Source of the DNA: Peribolospora baueri
Lineage: Eukaryota
DNA: 30,940 nt
Direction of reading: 5' to 3'
Assembly: GCA_029717555.1 (NCBI GenBank)
Contig: JAMDHS010000019.1
Span: forward strand, 248,001 to 278,940
Shown here: positions 11,853 through 22,158 of the stretch, one piece after another
How positions within the stretch are numbered: the first letter of the stretch is position 1
Layout of the letters: each line of letters starts with the position of its first letter
Made by a program: the position numbers and the translations under genes
Notes under the pieces: model-generated
Told to the model about the DNA's origin: nothing
Databases searched by the model: none
The model's input: the letters and a program-made list of their open reading frames with translations, nothing else

Positions 11853-13320
11853 ATGTCCGTACCCCCCCAGTCGCTCAAGGCCAGGTGGACGCCCCTCCGC
11901 CTAGGCTCGTCTCCTCTGCTCCAACGCTCGTCTCACTCCGTCGGCGTCGTCGGCGACAGGGCGTACATCTTTGGTGGAGAGAGGGAGGCGAGGACGCCTG
12001 TCGGCGCCGAGCTGCTCGTCGTCGGGTTGAAAGGTGCGTGCGTGACATGATATCCCCCCAGCGTAGCCATCTCTTGGGCTCATCCCTTGACATTTCTTAC
12101 CCCACCCACGCCCCTTCTCGTCGTCTGCCAATCGTCCGTCCATTCCCTCTACCGTAGACGACTCCCTTCGCGTTCTCCACCCTTCCGGACTTTGGCCCAG
12201 CCCCAGGGTGGGCGCAGCGACGGCCGTGCTCGACAAGCACATCTACCTCTGGGGCGGTCGCGGGGGACGGGAGATGACGCCGCTCTTGGGGGAGGAGGAG
12301 GATGGCTTTTGGAGATTTGATACGGAAAGCGAGGTTTGGGAGAGATTGGAAGGAAAGGCGAAAGACGAGGCGCCGGAGGGCAGGAGCTATCATACCATGA
12401 CTTCGGACGGCAAGGTGAGTGAGCGCTGTTTTGGCCTTGTCTGACGGATGATGGAAGGCGGTCGGATATTTTCACGTAAGTAACTCTTTTCCGCCGACTG
12501 GTCTCCTCTGATTCACTTTACTCCTTTCCTCACCGCCAGGAAACCCTCTACGTGCACGCCGGATGCCCCTCCAAGGGTCGTCTCTCGACTCTGCACTCCT
12601 TCCATCTCCCCACCCAAACCTGGCGCGCTCTTCCTTCCGCCCCTGACCCCGCCCGCGGTGGCACCGTGCTCGCTCACTTGCCCTCTACTTCGACCCTTGC
12701 TCGCTTCGGCGGCTTCGCCGGATACGAGCTTGGCCCTGAGAACGGAGGCGGCCTGGACACGTTCGACATCCCCAACGCAAGCTGGAAGACGGTCTCTCCG
12801 TCATCGGATGCTGCCGGCGAGGCGAATCCAGACAAGAGGAGCGTCCAGGCTCTCGTGGGAGTCGAGCAGCCGTTGATCGGCGGAGGAGCGACCGTTCGTG
12901 CTCTGATGTGGCATGGCGAGAGCGGACCCGCCCCGCCTGAGCTTGGCCATGCTGGTGCAGGTGAGTGAACTTTTGTTCGTTGCGATGCTCGGCTCATTGG
13001 AGGAACCCCAGCTCATCATACGATCCTCCATCTCTTGCCGTCCTTTCCACCTGACCTTTGTCAAATGTTCGACAGGCCTTTTCCATTCAGACGTCTGGGT
13101 GCTCCTCTCCTCTCAAGAAGACCCCACCGCTCTCTCATGGCGAAAGATCGACCTCGACACTTCGGTGTCCCAACCGGAACCGCGTGGCTGGTTGGCCGCT
13201 TCGTCGTGGCACGACGGCGTGACGGGCAAGTGGAGGGGGGTCATGTTCGGAGGTCTCAATTCGCGCAACGAACGCTTGGCGGACGCTTGGGTGTTGGACA
13301 TCGATCAAGGCAGCGCTTGA
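11853..13320 (+). CDS. Kelch beta-propeller protein, nitrile-specifier-protein-like, 367 aa
   Basis: Exons 11853-12033, 12158-12414, 12540-12960, 13076-13320 (1104 nt). Kelch units QRSSHSV..YIFGGE, PRVGAATA..YLWGGRGG, GRSYHTM..YVHAGC, ARGGT..RFGGFAG, KRSV..WHGE..GHAGAG and PRGW..MFGGLN. Confidence 0.85.
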
Positions 13321-13548
13321 CACGGGAGTGATTAAGTTTATGTGGCGCTGTCTGTCCTTGACGCGACCTGGCTAGCTGTTCGAGTTCTCACTGAATGCAA
13401 GAGCAAGGGCGCGGGTATGCGTGCATGGACAAGACGGCCCTGTCCGAGAGAATACATTGCAATTACGAGTACAAATGATGTCGATGCCCAGCCGATCAGA
13501 CAGCGGAGAGGGTCGCAGAGAGAGAGCGAGTCAGAACCGACTAAAGAA

Positions 13549-15706
13549 CTACGGCTCCATATTCCTTCCTTCTTCGCCTATTATCCTTCCTTCCTTCTCC
13601 CAAACCTCTAACATCAACTTCAACCTCGTCGAGCTCGCTTTGGCCTGCTCCTCGTGCATCCAATCCGCCTGGCCCTTGCGGATGCCCTCGTCGAGAATGA
13701 CACGGAAGACCTTGGACGCCTGTCGACCATACAGCTCGAGCAAGCGCTCGCCCGCTACCTCGATCGTCGTCGCTATCAACGCCGGCGTAAGCGCGTGCTC
13801 GGTGAGCGGCGGAGTGAGCGCACGAGCGAACCAGACCCAGATACGAGATGAGCGGAAGTACCATGGCACCCTGGCCAAGTCGGGAGGGTTGTGGGGCGAC
13901 GAGGGTGGAGACGTCGGCAACGTTTGGAGAATGGCCGTGTAGAAAGCGAGGATACCGCACATGCGATCCGTGTATTGTACCGCAGTCTCGCTTTCGACGC
14001 TGTGTCCCAAAGACTTTCGATACTCCGCCTCGTCTTGCTTCTGAACATACCAGAGCAAGGGCGATAGACCGGCCGATCAGAAAATTCCGTTCTCACAACA
14101 GACAAGTGAAAGCGATAAGGACGGTGAAACGACGTCTTACCTCTTCCCTCGGAGGCAATAACGGCACGACCCAAGGGCATTTCTTAACCAAGCGCGACAT
14201 AAGCACTGCGCCAAATTCCTGGTAGCCTTCGAGGAGGAGCCAGACGACAACCCGTGCGAGCGGGTACGCCGTCGATTGCTTAGCCGTCACCTCAGTTTCG
14301 GCTTGCTTGATGAGCGCTTTGGACAGATGGTTGCACACCCAAATGTAGATCGCTTCGTTCGCCTGCCGCGCCTGAGAGAGTACTTCGTCGAAAAACCTTG
14401 TCTGAGAGACGAGCAAAAAATGTCGAGCAAGAGAAATGACACCAGAATTGTGTGGAGTTAGGAGACACTGTTCGATATGCATCTCCACAGTCGTAGAGGG
14501 AAATATATAACGCCATATGAAGGGAAAGACGCGCACGATTCGAATGATTTCTTGCCGCGAATTGGTCAGCTGTCCGACTTTGGGCGTGATCTGGCGCTTG
14601 GCCGTAAAGCATTGCCTCTTCCAGATCGCGTTGTTCGCTACGGAAGGCAGCGCCCCAGTTTTGATGCTCTGGAAACCATGAAGCCAAGGAGAGGGCAGGA
14701 CCGATCGAGTCAGTTATGAAAACAAATTGGGGACGCCTTGTTCCTTTCTCGAAAGCAATCAGTAAGAAACTCACTCGCATCTGCTTTCTCCACTCATCCC
14801 ACTCTTTCCACGCTTCCGAGACCACCTCCTCTTGCTGCAAAAGCTTTCTGTTGGCGTCCGCGGCCTTGCTCTCCTTCTCCTCCTTCTTCTTGCTCGCCTC
14901 CGCCTCCATCCTCTTTGCTTCATTTTCTTCCTTTTCTTTTCGTTTCCTCTCCTCTTCCATTCGACGATTTTCCTCCGCTCTCATGGCTGCAGCTCTCGCC
15001 GCCGCTTCTTCCTCCCTCTTTCGAGCTGCAGCCAAAGCTTGCGCTCCTGCGCGCTCGGCAGCTTCACGCTCAGCCTCGACTTGCCGGATGGCAGCTTCGA
15101 TGCCCTGAGACGAAAATATGAGTCACAACAAGTGAGCAGCATCTCCATGTGCCGAGCTTCCATCACCCTCGTGCACTCACTTCCCACAGTAACCGGTTGC
15201 GCTCCTCGAAGGTCTCCTTCGTTCTCCGCTCGTCCTCCTTGCGGCCCATTTCAAGCTTTTCGAGCAACTGTGTCACCTCCTCCATCTCCTTCTCCTCGGC
15301 CTTCTGTCGTCGAGTTCGGTGCTCCGCTTCGGTAGCTTCAGCCAGATCTGAAAGTGTGACGGCGATGGTATGCGCCCGAAGCTTGGCAGCGTTCTACAAA
15401 GCAGGATCGGGGATGTGAAGGACAGAGGAGTGAGAAAGCCAGAATACAAACCGACGATTCCCAGCCCAGAAAACTCACCCACGCTGCCTGCTTCCCCTTC
15501 GCATCCCTAACCTCCCATCCATCCAAAAGTTCAGCAAACCACTTTTGTTTTGTACGTCGTGAGCGAAGCGCGAGCGACGTCGTCGACGACTTGAGGATGC
15601 GCGATGTCGTCGGCGAATCAAGGTCTCCGCCGGAGGAAGAGGAGGAAGAGGCATATCCATCCACGCCATAGACCCCATCCTGACTGTCCGGCACTCCGAA
15701 GCGCAT
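13549..15706 (-). CDS. GLE1: mRNA export factor Gle1, 551 aa
   Basis: Exons 15706-15479, 15393-15181, 15104-14775, 14668-14537, 14401-14141, 14040-13549 (1656 nt, all phase-0 introns). MRFG start, long charged coiled coil, then a GLE1 domain with KRQITPKVGQLTNS, NHLSKALIKQAETEV, RLVKKCPWVVP, YRKSLG, YTDRMCGILAFY and WVWFARAL. Confidence 0.9.
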
Positions 15707-15917
15707 CTTGCAGCCGACGTGGGATGGTGGAATTGGGCGAAAGGTAGGTGTGCCAGGCGATGGAGGCCGGTTCAAGGTCACGGATACTTCCGCTCATATC
15801 CGCTCATATCCGTGGGGGCCTCCCATCGTCGATGAGCTTCTTTTTGGGATTCCTCCTCGTCAAGCTGTCCGCTGCCTTCCGCTTTCGATCGTTTGGCGCC
15901 CTTTCATCGCAGCCGTC
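15707..15917. promoter_or_regulatory. Putative bidirectional promoter, GLE1 / Laa2-like
   Basis: 211 bp between divergent ATGs. Contains the direct repeat TCCGCTCATA x2 + TCCG at 15789-15812. Confidence 0.6.
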
Positions 15918-17294
15918 ATGGACGACGCGGCAGCTATATGGGCCTCGCCCGTCTCTCCGGTTCCGCCGAAGGACGACGACGTCTTGACCGTGGATCGGAC
16001 AGCTCCCCTCGACGATGCTGCCCATGCCGACTTCGATGATGACGATTTCGGCGAGGCAACAGGGGCTGGACAAGCAGACGACGACTTTGGCGAATTCGGA
16101 GATTTTGAGGACACTGCCGCTGGTGATGCGAGTTTTGGGATGGACGAGCCAGGAGAGTTTTCTGGAGGGTTAAGTCCAATCGAGCCTGTTGGAGTGTCAA
16201 GTCCAATCGAGCCTGTTGGAGTGTCAAGTCCAATCGAACCTCCTGAGAGTCCTAGTCAAGTGGTGGTGACCGAAGACAGGTGCGCAAATTCTTCTGATTG
16301 GTGGAGATGAGAGTACTTTTTAATCGCCTTGCTTCCCTTTACGCTCTAACACTTCCACGTTAGCCGCGACATGTGGAAGGAACTGAGCAAGCCTCCGACT
16401 GTGCGACCAGTGGACTGGGCTCGGTCGCAGACAAGACGAGACTTCTTGAGAGCGCTCGGCATCCCTGTCAATCTGGATGAAGTGAATAAGCTTTCCGTTT
16501 TCTGTCGTTGTCGTGATGACCGGCCGTGCTTAACCCTTGGGTCTCTCCCCCGTCACAGCTTTCTACCAAATCCACTCGCGCTCGCGCAGGCCTGCCTCCC
16601 CTCAATCTCGACTCGGCATCTTTACCTGCAACCTCCCCCCGCCCATCAGCACCGTCGTCATCAACCACCGACCAAAGTCCAAGTTTGTCCCGCTCCCAAT
16701 CCCTCAATGCTCATCCTGCCCGGAACGACTCTGGTCGGTCGTCCCCTCGCCATCGCAAAGATGATCTTGGACTCGGCCCTCCGCCCGAATTCGACAAGGA
16801 GAAGGCGGAGAAACTCACCGGTTTGAAGGAAGGCGAGTGTCTGAACTAACACAATATTCCCGAACCAGCGTTTTGAAATGGAAAATTTTCCGTTGCTGAG
16901 ACTTCTTCACGATCGGCTCTATCTACGCTCTCCCACAGACTATCTCTCCCTCCAATCGCTCCGAACGCTCACCAACATCCACCGGGAGATAAGTGCCTTG
17001 ACAGCGTCGGCGAATGAGGTCTTGTCCTACCAGCTCCAGCGGCGAGACGCGCACGCTCAAGATGCCGAGACGTACAATCGACTCATCGCCGATCTCGTAC
17101 ACGGCGCGGCTCAACGGCTGAGCACCTCCGGTAAGAAGGAGGACAGGCGCAACACGACCTTCGGAATCGGGCAGGGTAGTATGAGAGGAGAGGGGAACGG
17201 GACGGGAAATGGAGGTGTGTGGAGGAAGGGGAGTGGCAAGTGGCACAGCGGCCCGAATACCCCCAGAAGAAGTGGCACGCCCGCGCCCCGATGA
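15918..17294 (+). CDS. Laa2/YBL010C-like (DUF5102-type) putative AP-1 accessory protein, 369 aa
   Basis: Exons 15918-16279, 16364-16481, 16559-16832, 16939-17294 (1110 nt; intron 3 is GC-AG). Acidic DDDFGEFGDFED (gamma-ear-binding FGxF type), PPTVRPVDWARSQTRRDFLRALGIPVNLDE, and a C-terminal helical block LSYQLQRRDAHAQDAETYNRLIADLV. Family assignment is from recalled motifs, not a search. Confidence 0.7.
16172..16241 (+). repeat. Coding 27-bp tandem repeat, about 2.6 copies (SPIEPVGVS)
   Basis: AAGTCCAATCGAGCCTGTTGGAGTGTC is identical at 16172 and 16199, with a partial third copy at 16226. Confidence 0.92.
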
Positions 17295-17554
17295 CGTCGT
17301 GCGAGCGCGCACCCGCTTGTCTCGACAGAACTTGCACGATGGTCGCGTACGCTCTTTGTATTCTAAGGCTTTTTACACTGACTGGTCGTCCCCCTCCCTC
17401 GCATACCATTGGGGGATTTTTGCTCGGAGGCCCTCAGGAAACGATGTTGACATCCCCGACGGACCCCCCCTCTCCTTTCCCGGCGTCGTGTTTGAGTTTG
17501 GGTTGGATTGCATCAGGAAGACGTGCATAGAACAGCTTGCTTGACGCCCACATC

Positions 17555-19544
17555 TCATCGCCGAGGGCTGTGCGAGCGATGCCTCGAGTCGGATGGCTGC
17601 CCTCGATCGTCGTACCCATATCTGCGCTCTCGACGTCTACCGTCGTCGTACCGCTCGTACCGCTCGCGCGCTCGCCGAACGCCGTCTCCATCCCTGCGAT
17701 CGTCTCTACGCTCATACCGATCATACCGCTCTCGCTCCCTGCGACCGCCGTCTCCGTTCCTGCGATCGTCTCTTCGCTCGTACCGATCATATTCCCTGTC
17801 CCTGTCCCCGTCCCCGTCCCTGTCCTTCTCCCTCTCCCGACGCGAATCGCGCTGCCGTCGGTCGGTCTCTCCAAGGTCGAAGACGAGATCGTCTCCTCCC
17901 ACCGCTCCGCCTCTACCCCTCCCACCACCACGATACGCCCCACCAGCCTCCAAATCCTTTCTCCCTCCAAAGTCATCGCTCTCCTCGTCAGGACGACCGC
18001 GTCCCCCACTCGTCGGGACAGGCTTGGAGCTTGGTGGAAGGCCTCGGCCGCCGGTGCGCTTGCGCAACCAGTCTCCGTGGAGCTTGGATACCGATTGTGA
18101 ACTACGAGGATGCAAAGAGACGGTGAATGGAATGGACCATCAGTCGATGGAAGCAAAGCACATAGGGTGGAGTGGAAAGACGCACAAGTCGACCCAGATT
18201 CGTCGGTCATCGACAAGGACGTTTTGCATTTTGAAATATGCCTGTGACGCATGGAATAATGGGCAGGAAGGAGGCCTTGGATCGGTCAACGTCCTGCCGT
18301 CCCTCCTTCAGAAAGGGAAATCGAAAGGGCCAGAGCACCCACCATCTCTGCGTCCTCTCGCCTGTCAAACTCAATAAACGCATACTGCAATGAATCGCCC
18401 GTCTTCTTGTCCTTGATGACCTCGCAGCTCATGATCTTTCCAAACCTCGAAAATATGAGCTCTAAATCTTCCTCTCTTGTGACGGGGTTGAGTTTGCAGA
18501 CGAACAAGACGTTCTCCGGAGGTCTGACCTCTGCGAAAGGGAGGTCGCCCACCATCTCCAGCGTCAGCGCCGCCGCGTTCGCTTCGCGTAGACGCCGCTG
18601 GCGCTCCACTTCTTCTGGAGGAAGATCCTCTTCGACTTGTTCTTCGTCACCGATGCGAATCGTTGATCGCTCGAGGGGAGGAGAGGGTGAACGCGAAGGC
18701 ACTTCGAGGCCTTCCGGGTCTGGATATGGGTCATCTGTAGAGATCAAAGGGGAGGCCAGGAGATGAATAGCGCTCGAAAAAGACGTTCAAAAAAAAGCTC
18801 ACACGAGATGAGATGGAGGAAAGGCTCACCAAGGACGATAACATGCCTGATCCGAATATCCTGCAACGGTCGGTCCTGCTGATCCGTGAACGCCTGATTG
18901 ATCTTATCCAACGTCTCCTCTCCCTCCACGACGTGTCCAAACACTGCATGCTTCCCATCCAAATACTCGATGTTATCCGCGAGAGTGATGAAGAACTGCG
19001 AGCCGCAGCCGCCTTCGTCCTCCTCCCCGGATCCAGACACAGCCATTGACACCGTGCCTCGGGAGCCATGCTTGAGTCCCGTTCGCAACTCTGGCGCAAA
19101 GTAGCGACGAGAGGGACCAAGAATACGACCCCAGATCGACTCGCCTCCAGTACCCGTGTCGGTTGGGTCGCCAGTCTGGGCGAGGAAATCTTTCTGAACT
19201 GCGAGCCGACCAACATGATGCGAGACGGAAGGGCTCAGTGAACCGAGCTCAAGAGCTCACCAGTCGCACCGCACTTGCCTTCTCAAAAATCAGGAATCCA
19301 GCGGACCATTGCTTACCATTGAAAAAGTTGTTGTGGTTGTAATAATAGACCTTGCAGAGCTTGAGGAAGTTCTCGCACGTCCTCGGGCAGCGCTCCGTCT
19401 CGAGGTCGATCTGTGCGCGCGGCCGCCACGTTCACGTGCAAAGAAGACGCGGCGCGATGAGCAAAGACACAAAGAAGGGCTGGAAAAAACTTATTTGGCA
19501 CTCACGACAATGTCACCGAGGGAGGTCTCAAGTAGGACGGACAT
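17555..19544 (-). CDS. PPIL4: Cyclophilin-RRM protein PPIL4 (Rct1/Cyp59 type) with RD/RE/RS-rich tail, 498 aa
   Basis: Exons 19544-19506, 19410-19317, 19198-18830, 18734-18343, 18241-18186, 18101-17555 (1497 nt). [64 protein letters not shown], and [38 protein letters not shown] motif. Confidence 0.95.
17642..17791 (-). repeat. Coding 66-bp (22-aa) degenerate tandem repeat in the PPIL4 tail
   Basis: [22 protein letters not shown] / [22 protein letters not shown] / partial YERYDD. Confidence 0.8.
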
Positions 19545-19948
19545 CGTGGATGGCAGTGGCAGTGGCGAAGGAGGTCGGAATCGACCGACCAACCGATCTG
19601 TCGTCGACCACTTCAGGCTCTCACTCGACCTTCGATCACCCGCCTCGCTGCGGCAGCCCTGGCCGCAGCATAGCGCACCTTGCTCATACGAGCTACTCGT
19701 TAACCTCGAAGGACGAGTGCCCTAGCTATTGCTAGGAACAGAGGCTTGTATGTGAGAAGAAGCGTGGAGAGCTGCGTGCTCGAGCTTGAGAGCTGGAAAT
19801 GTACGTGCGTAACGCCAGTGGTGGCTTTGGAGGAGCGAGCGAGACCAGTGAAGGCGTTCTCTGTGCACAGTTCCATTGCGTGCCGATCTCGTGACCACTT
19901 CTCTCGCCCAGCTCGAAGCCAACCTACCTTCTCCACACGACCCACGAT

Positions 19949-21668
19949 ATGGCCACCTCCGCACGCAGCTTGATGGCAGCGGCCTCAGTGGCCGCGCTGG
20001 CGTACACTCTCGCAAAGCTGCTCGTTCCCGCGCAGACCTACGACGGCTTTAGGGTACTCACATCTCCACCTCCTCACCGCGCCAGTCCTTCCCCTTGGAG
20101 CCGGGCCATCAAGAACGTCTACGACGAGGACACCGTCTTCCCTTCCCCTGGTGCGTACGACGAGTTCCCCACGGCCGAGGGAGGAGGCGGGTACACCAAG
20201 TTCTGGCTCTTTGGCAGCGAGTCGCCAAATACGCCAAAGGTCGTTTTTGTTCATGGCTGGTCCATGCCAGCCTTGGTGTGGAAGCGCCAGGCAAGAGCGC
20301 TCGCTGAGGCCGGGGCGCGCGTGCTCGTTTACGACCTATACGGACGCGGATATTCTTCTGCCCCTCCCGGGCCATACGACAAGCATTTGTACGTCAGGCA
20401 ACTGGAGCATCTGTTGAACACGGTCGGTTGGATCACAGAGGATGAGGACGGGAAGAGGACGAGCCCGGAGATCAACATCGTCGGACTCAGCATGGGCGGC
20501 GGCATTATCGCTGCGTTTGCTGATAGCCACGTCGGGAAGGAGAAGGCGAATATCAAGAGTTTAGCTTTATTGGCCCCTGCAGGCCTGCTCAAGGTGGGTC
20601 GTTTAATGAAGAGGGGGAACAGCTAAAAGTCCAGTCGTGATAACTTCTATCGCCGACCAACACGCTCATCGCAATTCACAATACCATCCCCTTGCTCTCT
20701 TAGACCTCGGAAATTCCCCTGTTGGCTCGACTTGCTAGCCTGCCCATCGCTAGCGATTTCTTCACGAGCTTTCCCTTCCGAGTGAGTGTTCCGCCTTTCG
20801 TTGACCTCAGTTCGCGGTCTTTCCTCCCTTGAAGGCGGTGCACCAAGTCGGTCTTTCTTACCTCACTCTTTGTATCTCTCTCCCCTCCCACCGCTTCTCT
20901 CACAGTTTATCCTTGAGAAGACCATCCTTACACCGGCAGATCAAATCTCCTCTCCCATCTCTCGGTCCGCCACGCACGACGAGCGCCCACAAGAAATTGC
21001 GTCCTTGAAAGCTAACGACGCGGCGGAGATGCAGAAGTGCGTGGCGCTGCAAGCCTCCCTTTTGCCCGGGTATATTCGGGCGTTGCTTTCAAGGTAAGCT
21101 CACAGAACAGATCTGAGTCGGCAAGTTTGAAATTCATCTCGCATGCCTCTTTTGCTTCGCAAAAAAGCGTTCGCGTCGGCCCTCTCAAAGGAGAAGAGAA
21201 AGCTTACAGCACGATAGGCGAGCGTCTGGAGTTGCCGGTGTTGGTAATTTGGGTGAGCGAGCGAACCTGGAAGAACGCCTTTTCCTTCTTTTCTCCTCCT
21301 CGTTTTTTTTTAGCAAGATCACGTGTTGCCAGCGTTTCTCTGACCTCTCGTTCCCTCTGTACCCGCGCCCTTACCTCTTCCTCGGTCAGGGTACCGCGGA
21401 CGCCACAGTGCCTTATTCCGTCCACCGGCGACTCATCGATCGCATCCCCCGCCTCCGTACCTCTCTATCCTCCCCATCCTCTACTGGACCCGGATTGGCG
21501 GCAGAGAAAGCCGAAGGCATATCCTCTGTCTCTCCATCACATGCTTTCAAGGACCAGTTCGTCACAATCCCTCAAGCTGGGCACGACCTGCCCATCGAAG
21601 TCAGGAAGGAGGTTCAAGCCGCCCTGAGAGATTTCTTCGGTTTGCCGCAGGAGGAGGACAACGTGTGA
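19949..21668 (+). CDS. Alpha/beta hydrolase fold serine hydrolase with hydrophobic N-terminus, 424 aa
   Basis: Exons 19949-20593, 20704-20781, 20906-21093, 21168-21252, 21390-21668 (1275 nt). VVFVHG oxyanion loop, YDLYGRGYS, nucleophile GLSMGG, acid VLVIW|GTAD and His AGHD give a complete triad. Confidence 0.9.
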
Positions 21669-22158
21669 GGGTGCAAACGGAGGGATTTGTAAATTGGCGA
21701 TCCCGAACATGGGTGGCATTTTCCCATGTCCAGCGCCTCCGGTCTCGGCAGCAAATTCTGCTGGGTTAACATACCTGCTGCAGAGGTGGGGCAGAAGGGA
21801 CGTGGAATATGATGAGTCTTTGTACATAATCAGGCGACCTTACAGCGTCCTATTCTTTCGCGGCGTGAAGTAGATGCGAACAGTGTAGGTTGAGAGGATT
21901 GGGGGATGGTGTATGTCTTTCGCCACCCGGCACCAGAGTTAACGCTTTGAGATGACGGAAGAGCACGGTATATGAGATGAGTCTAACTCAATAGCCAAGA
22001 CCAGATAGATAGGTTGTCGACAGGCGCTACGACAAAGTAAGGTGAGGAGGGACGATAAGCCAAAAGCTCCTCCACCAGAACTGGACAACATGGGGGTATA
22101 AGAGCATACAAGGAGACCGAGAACAAGAACAAGAACATTTGCCCTCCCCTCAACCTCT

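Noticed and set aside
16172..16241. 27-bp direct repeats as a CRISPR-like array
   Set aside because: No spacers, in-frame within a eukaryotic exon, and no cas genes.
19180..19330. PPIL4 cyclophilin domain has Asn (FFNVQKDF) where the catalytic Arg normally lies
   Set aside because: This substitution is typical of the PPIL4 subfamily and is not a sign of pseudogenisation.
21808..21900. ATGATGA box-C-like motif in the convergent 3' UTR region
   Set aside because: No box D CTGA at a suitable distance.
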